From assembly GCA_963718615.1 (NCBI GenBank), contig OY970368.1, forward strand, positions 3,808,001 to 3,872,000: a DNA stretch of 64,000 nt. Direction: 5' to 3'. Shown here piece after piece: positions 43,880 to 53,171 of this stretch. The notes under the pieces were generated by a model. It was not told the origin of the DNA. It saw nothing but the letters and a program-made list of their open reading frames with translations, and ran no database searches. Position 1 is the first letter of the stretch; each line of letters opens with the position of its first letter. Position numbers and translations under genes: made by a program. The DNA comes from an uncultured cyanobacterium (GTDB taxonomy: Bacteria; Cyanobacteriota; Cyanobacteriia; PCC-9006; JAAUQQ01).

Positions 43880-44896
43880 TTAGGATGGAAGGTGCAGGGG
43901 AATATAGAGTCGTCGAGCGAGTTCTGGGAATCGGTCACGATCTGCCACGATGAAAAACCCATATTCCCCATTTTCGTGATAACCCGTGCCAAAGCGGAAG
44001 GCTTGCTCTCGTCGATCGATTCTGTCCATTAACTGATTGAAGTGATTAATTACTGCCTCGACATCCATCCAGGTGCCTCTGCAATCTGCTCCAAACTGAT
44101 ACGTTTCGCCATTAAGCATGTACTGCACAACCCAATGAGAATCCAGATCGCTGAAAACGCCAATTCCTTCAGAGCGTTGATCGGAGATCAAGAATTGCGT
44201 CGTTGTTCCGTCAGGATTTCGCATGGAGAGTTCAGTCGTCCCGCTCACATTCTTAAACCGCTTTTCTTCTCCTATAAATTGTGAAATACTATTCAGACAA
44301 ATAGGAGAATTTGTTGATTTAGCAAGATCCCTGAAAAGCTCATCATGCCGAGGTTCAAAACCTATATCACGTAGGCTTGCATAGACCACCCGTTGCCCGA
44401 ATAGTTCATAAATGATGTTGATATGGTCATGCAGTATTAAGGCTGGGTTCTGAATCCACGAGTTAATTATTTCGATAGACTCTGCTGTCCATTGCTCAAC
44501 GATTCCAGCTACTTGCAGCATTTGCGAAACATGAGTAGCTATATGCCCCTCTTCATGCCACCTAAACATTAGACGATGCCAAGGATGCGATTGCGCTAGT
44601 GTTTCAGGTCTTCTACAACCATATTTCAGCAGGGTATAGGCCAGAAAGTGCCCAGCATAGTCAGTGGGATGATCCACTAAAGCATCTCTTAAAGCATTGA
44701 CAAGATTTTGGTCTGCTGCCCAGGTTCCATGCTTATAGATGTCTTCGCTATGTACTTTATACGCGCGATTTGAAAGCTCTATGCAAACCTCATAAACGCG
44801 GCCAACCTCATCATTTTCATCTCGAAAATGGTGTCGGTCATACCATCCAAGCAATTTGAAAAGCTCTTGGGTACTGGGCTTAAAATCGTTAGGCAT
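43880..44896 (-). CDS. Hypothetical protein, gene cassette
   Basis: 338-aa ORF between attC R' (44927) and R'' (43807); no recognised motif. Confidence 0.8.
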   Translation of the reverse strand: MPNDFKPSTQELFKLLGWYDRHHFRDENDEVGRVYEVCIELSNRAYKVHSEDIYKHGTWAADQNLVNALRDALVDHPTDYAGHFLAYTLLKYGCRRPETLAQSHPWHRLMFRWHEEGHIATHVSQMLQVAGIVEQWTAESIEIINSWIQNPALILHDHINIIYELFGQRVVYASLRDIGFEPRHDELFRDLAKSTNSPICLNSISQFIGEEKRFKNVSGTTELSMRNPDGTTTQFLISDQRSEGIGVFSDLDSHWVVQYMLNGETYQFGADCRGTWMDVEAVINHFNQLMDRIDRREQAFRFGTGYHENGEYGFFIVADRDRFPELARRLYIPLHLPS

Positions 44897-45019
44897 CAGT
44901 CAATGTTACCCTCTGTCGGGAGTTAAGCCTAACGTTGCCCCTCACCCGCCGCCAATCACACCTGCATCAAACCGATCAATTTTCGGCGGTCGGTGTGCAT
45001 GGGCGTTTATGGGGGGACG

Positions 45020-45313
45020 GGGGAGAAGAAACAGGAAGAGACGACTATGCATTGGACGACACAGAGGATGTCTACTAACATACCGAATCGCTCATCCCTC
45101 TCCCATTCGCGAATTTGACAGAACCGCATAAAGTCAAGAAAGGAGAGAATCTGCCAGCTAGTCGGGACGACTATGCAGCGCCAGTCAGAAGATGACTACT
45201 AACATATCGAATCGCCCGTCCAGCCAATCCAATCGCGTACCGACGAATCCTCAGGGAGTAGGGAAAGACTCTTTCCATAATCTCTTCGCTTTGCGAGCGG
45301 GGGCAGACTCTCC
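45020..45313 (+). ncRNA. Predicted bridge/seek RNA with two target-binding loops and one donor-binding loop (copy 2)
   Basis: Guides TGCATTG/CTAACAT (45048, 45075), TGCAGCG/CTAACAT (45174, 45199), donor guides CTCAGGG/CCATAAT (45250, 45275). Confidence 0.72.
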
Positions 45314-45342
45314 ATCCAACAAAACACCCTCAATCTAGCACA

Positions 45343-45777
45343 ATGAAACTCAACCTCAGCACAACCGTTTATGCTGCCTATATCGGCATTGATTGGGCAG
45401 ACCGCAAACATGATATTGCTCTCTACGATTGCCAGAATGAGATCTGGGCACAATCCACTATTCAGGCCACCCCTCAGGCGGAGGAAATTGGCAAGCAACG
45501 TTGGGTCCATTGGCGTTGGTCTTGTCCTATCTTTCTGAGGCAAATTTTTGTCGAGTGGGTTACCCATGCTCGGTCTCGTTCGGTCTGGTCACAGGCATTT
45601 TATCAACAACAACGACTGGCGGGTAAATCCCATCAAAAGGCTATTCGTGCTTTGGCGTATAAAGGGGGTCGGATTCTTTGGCGATGTTGGCAGGATAGGA
45701 CTCCTTATGATGAGGAAAAGTATCTCGCTGCTCTCCGGCGCAAAAACTCTCCTTTGGTCGCTCTTTTACCGGATTAG
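45343..45777 (+). pseudogene. IS110 transposase with the same in-frame internal deletion as copy 1
   Basis: 144 aa, one visible substitution (Q/R) versus copy 1. Confidence 0.88.
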
Positions 45778-46363
45778 TTCTCTATCTTGTTGCTCGATTG
45801 AACTGCTTTAGGTTTTGAACCAATCGAATACGAAAAATACGAAGATGGCTCTGATAGCTCAGTTCGGCTGATACTCAAAACTGACTATAAGGGGGTTTGC
45901 GCTGGCTTCAATTCGCTCGGATATTACATCAGAGTTATGTTGTATCTTCTCTATTGACCCCGTCCGGCTCAGGGCCTATGTTAGGCACTACATCTACAAA
46001 CAACTGACAACATAAGTTAGCCAAGATCTGAAAGCATAGGAGTTCATCATAAGCAGGGGGTTGAGCATGCAGCCAGACTACTTTTTTCTACTTGAAACCT
46101 ATTTTATTTGACTAGCTTCAATTTTCCCTGCTTCTGTCAATTGCCATGCTGACTTTGAACCCCTAAGTTCTGGTACTCTTTCCAGAAGCCCATTTGTTAG
46201 ACGACAATAGCATTGGCGGCTGCTCGACATTTCCTGGCGGGAGTTGTCGCGAAAGCGTGGCTTGGATCGTGAGACAGACGTGAGACTTTGACAGCTCACT
46301 GGCGTGGCGATCGACAAAAAAAGACACTCATAGGGTCCCCCTGGAAAGAAAGGACTCTAACGA

Positions 46364-48154
46364 GTGTCGAGAGTAATAATGTATCAACAGCGAGTGTACA
46401 TGAATGCAAAGGAGCATGGCCTGTCGCAGCAAGATGCGGCAGCGGTGGCGGAATTTTCGGTGCGAACCGCGCAACGAATGGATGCCAACGAGTGGCAGCA
46501 GGGGAGTGGAGAGGGCACCGGGGTGCGGACCCGGCCAGATCCACTCAACGGTCTTTGGGAAGCCGAACTAGAGGCGATGCTGCGAGCTGAGCCAAGACTG
46601 AAACCGACGACGTTATTTGAGCATTTGCAGGACAAATATCCGGGTCAATATCCGCAAGTGCTCAGGACGCTTCAGCGGCGAGTGAGAACCTGGAAAGCAC
46701 TGTATGGTCCAGCTCCCGAGGTGATGTTTGAGCTGCGTCACGAGCCGGGGGTGCAAGGATTTTCCGACTTCACCGAACTCAAAGGGACGGTGGTGACGAT
46801 AAATGGAAAGCCCTATGAGCACTTGATTTATCACTACCGCTTGGGCTACAGCGGCTGGTCCTACGCGGAGTTAATCGAGGGGGGTGAAAGCTTTGTCGCC
46901 CTATCCGAAGGATTGCAGAATGCCCTGTTTGCCTGCGGCGGGGCTCCAAAGCAGCATCGCACCGATAGCCTGAGTGCGGCCTATCGAAATCTGGGTGGGA
47001 AGAAGACCAAACCGCTGACGCGCTTGTATGACGACCTGTGTGAGCACTATCGGTTGCAACCGACGCGAAACAACCGGGGAATCGCCCACGAGAACGGTTC
47101 TATTGAAGGCCCCCACGGTCATCTGAAGAACCGCATTGTCCAAGCGATGTACCTGCGCGGCAGCACCGACTTCGCTAGCGTCAGCGACTATCAAGACCTG
47201 CTCAATGACTGTGTGGCCAAGCTCAATGCCCAGCATCAGGATAAGTATGAGCATGAGAAAGCGCATCTCCAGGCGTTGCCCAAATACCGGGCTGCGGACT
47301 ACGAACTCCTCACCGCCAAGGTGAGCAGCAACAGCACGATTGATATCCGCTGCATGCTCTACAGCGTGCCGTCTCGCTTAATTGGCCGGTCCCTGGAAGT
47401 GCATCTGCACCACAACCGCCTGATGGGCTACCTCGAAGGCCATGAAGTGTTCAGGTTGAAACGGATTCGTTCTACTGACAAGGACAAGCGGCGCGCCCGC
47501 TCGGTGGACTATCACCATGTCATCGAAGGGTTGCGCAAAAAGCCCTTGGCCTTCCTCCACAGCACCTGGCGAGAGGACCTCCTGCCCAATGAGCGCTATC
47601 ACCAACTCTGGAAACAGCTCCAGGCTGGCTTTGAGCTTGATTCTGCCGCCGTGCTCATGGTCGAAGCCCTCTATATTGCGGCGACCCAAAACAAGGAAGC
47701 GGCGGTCGCTGACTACCTCTTCCCAGAGATTGAGGCCAAAACCCTCACCCTCTCAAGGCTCAGACTCCATTTTCAGTTGCTCACCAAACTCGAATTCCCC
47801 ACCGTGAATGTCCAACAACATGACCTCAACGACTACGATGCCCTTCTGTTCACCCACAGCAGCGTCATCCCAGATGCAGAACCAGAGCTCGTCTCAACCG
47901 GAGCTGAGCCCTTACCAAAGCCTCAGCGCTCAGCTCAAGCACCTGCGCTTATCCCATATGCTCAACCACTGGGAGACCTTGGAGCAGCAAGCCATGCGAG
48001 AGACCTGGTCCTACGCGCAATTTCTCTTGGCCCTGTGCCAACTCGAAACAGACCGCCGCAAGGCTTTGCGCCTCCAAAGAGCCATCACCGAAGCTCAACT
48101 GCCCAACGCCAAAACGGTTTCCAATTTCGATTGGACACACCTGCCCCTGGTTAA
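46364..48154 (+). CDS. istA: IS21 transposase IstA
   Basis: SDFT, HRTDSL, HENGSIE DDE triad; YSVPSRLIG. Confidence 0.95.
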   Translation: MSRVIMYQQRVYMNAKEHGLSQQDAAAVAEFSVRTAQRMDANEWQQGSGEGTGVRTRPDPLNGLWEAELEAMLRAEPRLKPTTLFEHLQDKYPGQYPQVLRTLQRRVRTWKALYGPAPEVMFELRHEPGVQGFSDFTELKGTVVTINGKPYEHLIYHYRLGYSGWSYAELIEGGESFVALSEGLQNALFACGGAPKQHRTDSLSAAYRNLGGKKTKPLTRLYDDLCEHYRLQPTRNNRGIAHENGSIEGPHGHLKNRIVQAMYLRGSTDFASVSDYQDLLNDCVAKLNAQHQDKYEHEKAHLQALPKYRAADYELLTAKVSSNSTIDIRCMLYSVPSRLIGRSLEVHLHHNRLMGYLEGHEVFRLKRIRSTDKDKRRARSVDYHHVIEGLRKKPLAFLHSTWREDLLPNERYHQLWKQLQAGFELDSAAVLMVEALYIAATQNKEAAVADYLFPEIEAKTLTLSRLRLHFQLLTKLEFPTVNVQQHDLNDYDALLFTHSSVIPDAEPELVSTGAEPLPKPQRSAQAPALIPYAQPLGDLGAASHARDLVLRAISLGPVPTRNRPPQGFAPPKSHHRSSTAQRQNGFQFRLDTPAPG

Positions 48155-48722
48155 CCCTCTCCCGATTCAAAAACTCGCCACTGAACCCCAGTGGATTGAT
48201 GACGCCCAAAACTGTCTCTTCTTCGGACCTTCTGGGGTCGGCAAAACCCATCTGGCCGCTGGCATCGCTCGTGCCGCCCTGGAAGCGGGCAAGCGCGTCA
48301 AATTCTTCTGTGCCACCACCCTGGTGCAGTATCTCCAAAAAGAAAAGCTTCATCTCCAGCTTCAGCCTGCCCTGAAAAAGCTCGACCGCTTTGACCTCGT
48401 GATCATTGATGACCTCGGCTATGTCCAAAAATCCGAGGCAGAAACCTCCGTTCTCTTTGAACTCATTGCCTATCGCTATGAGCGCAAAAGCATCATGGTC
48501 ACTGCCAATCAGCCGTTCAGTGAGTGGAACTCCATCTTTGGTGATTCCATGATGACCGTCGCCGCCGTTGACCGCCTCATTCACCATGCGGTCATTCTCG
48601 AAATCAAGGCGGACAGTTTTCGTAAACGCTCCGCTCACCAGCGCTCTGAGAACTTGAAGGCACTCCCGGCAAAATCCTCTGAATCTGACTCCCAAACATC
48701 GACACACCAGAAGCGATCTTAG
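47808..48722 (+). CDS. istB: IS21 helper ATPase IstB
   Basis: GPSGVGKTHLA, IIDDLGY, DRLIHHA. Confidence 0.96.
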   Translation: MSNNMTSTTTMPFCSPTAASSQMQNQSSSQPELSPYQSLSAQLKHLRLSHMLNHWETLEQQAMRETWSYAQFLLALCQLETDRRKALRLQRAITEAQLPNAKTVSNFDWTHLPLVNPLPIQKLATEPQWIDDAQNCLFFGPSGVGKTHLAAGIARAALEAGKRVKFFCATTLVQYLQKEKLHLQLQPALKKLDRFDLVIIDDLGYVQKSEAETSVLFELIAYRYERKSIMVTANQPFSEWNSIFGDSMMTVAAVDRLIHHAVILEIKADSFRKRSAHQRSENLKALPAKSSESDSQTSTHQKRS

Positions 48723-50283
48723 ATTGTCGTCTTGACCTGAGATTGCCGCTTCTCATTTCCTTTTGCCAATTCAGTGGGCTCCCCGCCTTCTAATTGTCGC
48801 GACAGGCAAATGTCTTGACACTTGATACCCATTATCTCTAAGTTTATAAAATTCGACCTTAACCAGATTCTCGGATCTGATGCCTGTAATGTCTCTTGCT
48901 TGTTGGTTAGTAATTGTTAGATTTGATCGAAGAAAACTGAGAATCGCCTCTGCTGGTACTGCAAGAGGTATATGAGGAAGGGTAACTTTGACATAGTTTC
49001 CATCCTCAGTGATCTCAGGCGATTTCAGTCCCCACTCTTTCATCTTTTGAAAGGTAGTGTTGAGCCCTTCGCCTAAATCCTTGTTCGGAGCCTCTTTGTA
49101 TCTATTAAGAGTTCTAACAATTTTGGCATTTCTTGCATAACGTGCATCCAATATGTTTTCAATAGTAACGTATCCGGGAAGACGTCCTGGACTTAGAATC
49201 TCAATTCTATTGTTATATATTAAAATTCGAGTATCATCTGATATTGAATAATCTCGATGAATGATTGAATTCACAATTACTTCCCATACTGCTTCGGGAG
49301 GATAATTAAGGTTCTTAAGACCGTCGGAAGTCCAGACTTTCACGGATGACATTATGCTTTCGACGGCAGTGACAGTATCCTTGATCAGACTGTAGAGCGG
49401 ACCTTCAACCGAAACCTGCTCTGCTAAATGATCGCGCTCAGGATCATCTTCTTTTGTTTCATACCTGGTAATTTTTACTGCACATTTTCTAGGCACAACT
49501 GCACTAGGACAGGGATGAAATAATAGTGCTGCTGCTACCCTCACTTCCCAGGTTTTGTAATCGAATAAGTTTTGATTTATGCAAAATTCTAAAGGATCAG
49601 TTTTAGGGGAATAATCACCTAAAAAGGAGGTCAACTCCTCAGACTCCGCAACTTGCTCAGCAGGAATATCCTTGATTAACTGATCTTCAAAGGATGTAGC
49701 ACCCTTTGCAAATGACAGTTGCGTAATTCTTTCTGGATCTTTGACAGGTAGGGATTGAGCACCCTGTCTTTGATAGACTGTTCCATCAGCAGTTTTGTGG
49801 ACTTCGGAACTTTTCTCAATCATTATCCTTAAGATATATCCGGATTTGCCTTCACACCTCAATATTTCATATCTCAAATCCAATGGAGGGGTGATGTCGA
49901 AAATTGCCTGCAAATGGCTGTTCAATTCTTCGATTTTTGATACCCCTTGCCATCTTCTTCCTGGATCAGTCTCATCTTCATCATCTGCGATACCAATAAT
50001 AAGCTCTCCGCCATCTGCATTTGCAAAAGCTACGGCTGCCTTTTGTACTTTCGCTCCCTTAATTTGAGCAGCTTTTCTGTCAAAAAAATGAGATTCTTCT
50101 CTTATTGAGAATTCATCAGCTTCAAATGAGGTAATTGTTTTGGTATTCATGTTTCCCGTGCTGAATTCAATTGTAATTACTAAAATTTTATTCGAATATT
50201 TCTTCGTTTTATGAGCTTCCTTGTTACATCTTGAAGATTAGCAGATAGCTTTTTGCAGATTCTGTATGTCTATGAACGAAGCT

Positions 50284-50376
50284 GCCTAACGTTCCCGCTA
50301 ACCGGACGCAGATAACCTTTGCATCTCACCGATAACTTTAACTTGACTTCGTTACGGTTCAGCGGGGTTGTTATGG
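50284..50376 (-). other. Intact attC site
   Basis: Minus strand: R'' CCATAAC-AACCC-L'' CGCTGAAC ... L' GTTAGCG-GGAAC-R' GTTAGGC, 12 nt after the upstream stop. Confidence 0.9.
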
Positions 50377-50388
50377 TGCGATCGCCTT

Positions 50389-51171
50389 CTAGCGTATAAA
50401 CCAGTTGTAACAAATAAACGGTAAAGGAATAACCCACCACCATCGATTTAAGAATTGGGTTACTCGATATATCCAATTGTCCTCCACCTTCATATCAGGT
50501 GATTTATAGTCCACTTTTGCAGTGTAGGATTTGTACTTACCACTTACATCAGTAAGCCAATCTTGATCGCCTTTCTCGATGACCCAATCTTCAAAAAGTG
50601 GGGTTTCTGAGTACTCACAAAATTCTTTCATTAGCTGACTTAAAAGATTACTTAGTTTTGCTGCTGACACAGTATCTCGTGAAACCACTTGTGCAGGTCT
50701 AACAGACTTGCTGTCTGCCCCAGAAAACGTATTTACAAAATCTAGGCATAGAACACAATCGGTATGTATTAAACCTTCAGGAACCATCATTTTCCTATTT
50801 GCTGCATCTATGAGAGATAGTACAGACAGATCACTAGCTATTTGATTTTCTAGAATGATTAGACCTAGAGCATCTGGAAGATTCAGAGCTATTTTAGTAT
50901 CTTCTATTTGCTTGTTGGCTTTGCTCAGAGCATTCTCAATTGAATTATATAGATCTCGCTTCAAGTTTTGCTCTGAAATATTTTCCTTTTTAGATAATTT
51001 CTCCACCTTATTTGGGATCTGGATATTTTGAACCTCCTTAAACTCACAGACAACTTGACCATCAAACAACAAAAAATCAGAGCGCCCTCTTCCTTGAGGA
51101 AAATATTGATTGTAAGAGTTGTCATCTAAGTTGATGGCTTGATTGTACGTTTCGAGGAACTCTCGCATCAT
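50389..51171 (-). CDS. Hypothetical protein, first cassette (possible PD-(D/E)XK-like motif, C-terminal hydrophobic segment)
   Basis: 260 aa; SDFLL...VCEFK; followed by attC. Confidence 0.75.
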   Translation of the reverse strand: MMREFLETYNQAINLDDNSYNQYFPQGRGRSDFLLFDGQVVCEFKEVQNIQIPNKVEKLSKKENISEQNLKRDLYNSIENALSKANKQIEDTKIALNLPDALGLIILENQIASDLSVLSLIDAANRKMMVPEGLIHTDCVLCLDFVNTFSGADSKSVRPAQVVSRDTVSAAKLSNLLSQLMKEFCEYSETPLFEDWVIEKGDQDWLTDVSGKYKSYTAKVDYKSPDMKVEDNWIYRVTQFLNRWWWVIPLPFICYNWFIR

Positions 51172-51333
51172 GAAGAACCGTAGAAACTAGCAGTATATCT
51201 TGAAGTACCGTCCCCACCGACGACTAAGCGGCATATGGGATCCGCCCGTTAATAAAATACCAACTTCTGCCCTAAAGCCCAAACAGGCTTGCGGGTTGCC
51301 TGGTATAACATTTTCAAGCGAGTCCCTAACAAC

Positions 51334-51563
51334 TTATTCTCATGCACGATGCCTGATAACTCCCTCCTCCGGGTATTCTCAAGCGCCAACGCCGTATAAT
51401 CCCCAGTCTCAGCCAGTTATCCAGGCAATCATGCTGGATAACATACCTAGTTGGGTATTATCAGGCAAAGGTGCATGATAACAACCCATTTCTAGGCGTT
51501 ATCCCGGCATCGCTGCCGGATAACATCCCTACACAGGTATTATCAGGCATGTCTCAGTATAAT
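51334..51563. repeat. attI-side array of ~6 palindromic sites, 41-bp period (82-bp higher-order unit)
   Basis: TTATCCAGGC-N6-GCTGGATAA, TTATCAGGC-N6-GCATGATAA, TTATCCCGGC-N6-GCCGGATAA and degenerate copies; units start 51350, 51432, 51514. Confidence 0.8.
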
Positions 51564-51644
51564 CACCCCCTTTGAGTCAGCGTAGAAAATTACAAAATCT
51601 TCACCCCCGAGTCAGGGAACCCAGATGTTTCATCCTCGGCTCCC

Positions 51645-52414
51645 ATGCAAACCCAGCCCCCCAAGCTTCTAGATCAAGTCCGTGTGGCCCTACGACTCAA
51701 GCACTATTCCTGCAAAACAGAGCAAACTTACGTTCAGTGGATTCGGCGTTACATTCTGTTTCACAACAAGCGCCATCCCAAGGACATGGGCGTGACCGAA
51801 GTGGAAGCCTTCTTGACCCATCTCGCGGTTCAAGAACGGGTTGCTGCCTGCACGCAAAACGTTGCCTTTAGCGCCTTGCTCTTCCTCTATCGTGAAATTC
51901 TTCAACAACCCTTCGAAAATGTTCAGGCTCTCCGAGCAAAGCCTTCGCGCTATCTACCTACGGTACTGACTCCCGAAGAAGTCCGCCAAATCATGCGACA
52001 TCTTTCCGGTGAATGTCGCCTCGTGATTCAAATTCTCTACGGAAGTGGATTGCGGATTAGTGAAGCACTTCGACTCAGAGTTAAAGACGTAGATTTTGGT
52101 CAGCACCAGATTGTTGTGCGAGATTCTAAGGGGCAAAAGGGCCGGGTAACACCGCTGCCCGATCGCATCATCAAGCCTCGTGCCCTTCAGGATGCCGTTG
52201 GTTCTGCTGGTATTCACAAGAAAGTCAGTTGCCACACCTTCCGCCACAGCTTCGCCACCCACCTGCTGCATTGATTTGTTTTTATGGGGCATACGACATC
52301 CGCACCGTCCAAGAACTGTTGGGCCACAAAGATGTTAAGACAACCATGATCTACACCCATGTCCTCAATCGCGGCGGACGAGGCGATCGCAGCCCGCTAG
52401 ACCATAATTTTTAG
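51645..52414 (+). pseudogene. intI: Integron integrase with internal deletion and frameshift
   Basis: [48 protein letters not shown]; [25 protein letters not shown]...SPLD in another frame; divergent from cassettes. Confidence 0.93.
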
Positions 52415-52434
52415 ATATAGCTTCCCCACAGGAA

Positions 52435-53103
52435 CTAAACTTGATCCTGCAACTGCCGCATCAGCCAATTCGCAGCAGCCGTATTGGTTTCCGTCTCTGA
52501 ACGCTCCAAAGCCTGCTCCACTAGGTCCAGGGAAAGCCCAGGGAGAACACCAGAAATCGTAATGGCCTCATACCTCCCCTGCTCCGTCAAACCAAACCCA
52601 AACAACCGCCTGCCCTTCACATCAATCACCCAATACTCAGAAATTCCTAACTTGGCATAAAGCTGCTTCTGCTCATCCAGGTCAACCGTCAAAGTTGTAT
52701 CCCCAATCTCCCCCACCAAATCAGGCAAGCGATGACGCTCCGTACTAATGCGACGGGGCTCCTTCGGCTGCCACTTCGGGATATCATCCCCCCGGTAAAG
52801 CACGAGATCCGGTGCACAGGCCCGAGCCATCGGGCTTTCAATCAGACAGCGCCCGTAGGACTGCAACGGAACATCCGGATGCAAAAACGCCCATACAAAG
52901 AAAATCGCAGTCACCAGATCGCTCAAGGAAGCGTGATTCGGTCCTTCTTTGCCCATATCTACCCAGAGCCAGCCTTGATCAAACGCAATCTTGTTCCAGT
53001 CACACCCCACGTCATCGCGCAACGCAACGTAATCCTGCCAGGTTGCACCATCGCGCTGGAGGTACCGTGAGATTTTCTGGGGTCTTTCTAAGGAGAGGGT
53101 CAT
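52435..53103 (-). CDS. Uma2 family endonuclease
   Basis: APDLV, PDLVGEI, K..LY..LGI.EYWVID. Confidence 0.9.
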   Translation of the reverse strand: MTLSLERPQKISRYLQRDGATWQDYVALRDDVGCDWNKIAFDQGWLWVDMGKEGPNHASLSDLVTAIFFVWAFLHPDVPLQSYGRCLIESPMARACAPDLVLYRGDDIPKWQPKEPRRISTERHRLPDLVGEIGDTTLTVDLDEQKQLYAKLGISEYWVIDVKGRRLFGFGLTEQGRYEAITISGVLPGLSLDLVEQALERSETETNTAAANWLMRQLQDQV

Positions 53104-53171
53104 CCGCAAACACCTCGGGCATCCCATTGACGGCTTGGCTTTATCATAGCGCTTGCCCAACCTAGCTAATC

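Larger units (their letters stand above)
45008..45979 (+). mobile_element. Internally deleted IS110-family element, copy 2, inserted in attC
   Basis: Near-identical to 37775-38745; subterminal inverted repeat GGACGGGG/CCCCGTCC. Confidence 0.9.
44927..45986 (-). other. attC site of the AlbA cassette, split by IS110 copy 2 (halves 44927-45007 and 45980-45986)
   Basis: Minus strand: R'' GCCTAAC, spacer AACGC, L'' CCATGCAC, stem CCGACCGCC/GGCGGCGG, L' GTGAGGG, R' GTTAGGC. Confidence 0.88.
46195..48827 (+). mobile_element. IS21-family element with 6-bp target duplication CCCATT
   Basis: CCCATT at 46189-46194 and 48828-48833; ends TGTTAGACGACAA... and ...TTGACACTTGATA; istA-istB inside. Confidence 0.93.
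46099..50150 (-). pseudogene. Schlafen/AlbA_2 + HATPase_c_4 + wHTH protein (about 470 aa), cassette gene split by IS21
   Basis: ESHFFDRK, AFANADGG.LIIG, EVIVNSIIHRDY, SPGRLP; ...KLRDNG (to 48828) continues LLERVPEL...QIK* (46188-46099). Confidence 0.88.

Noticed and set aside
44888-44896. Extra attC core GTTAGGC
   Set aside because: It is the start of the cassette gene (ATG CCT AAC) with no L boxes or hairpin.
47808-48154. Long istA/istB overlap as a novelty
   Set aside because: Overlap of istA and istB is normal in IS21; the tail looks like low-information read-through.
51334-51563. CRISPR array
   Set aside because: Repeats are degenerate, intervening segments are only ~16 nt and themselves similar; no cas genes; position fits an attI region.
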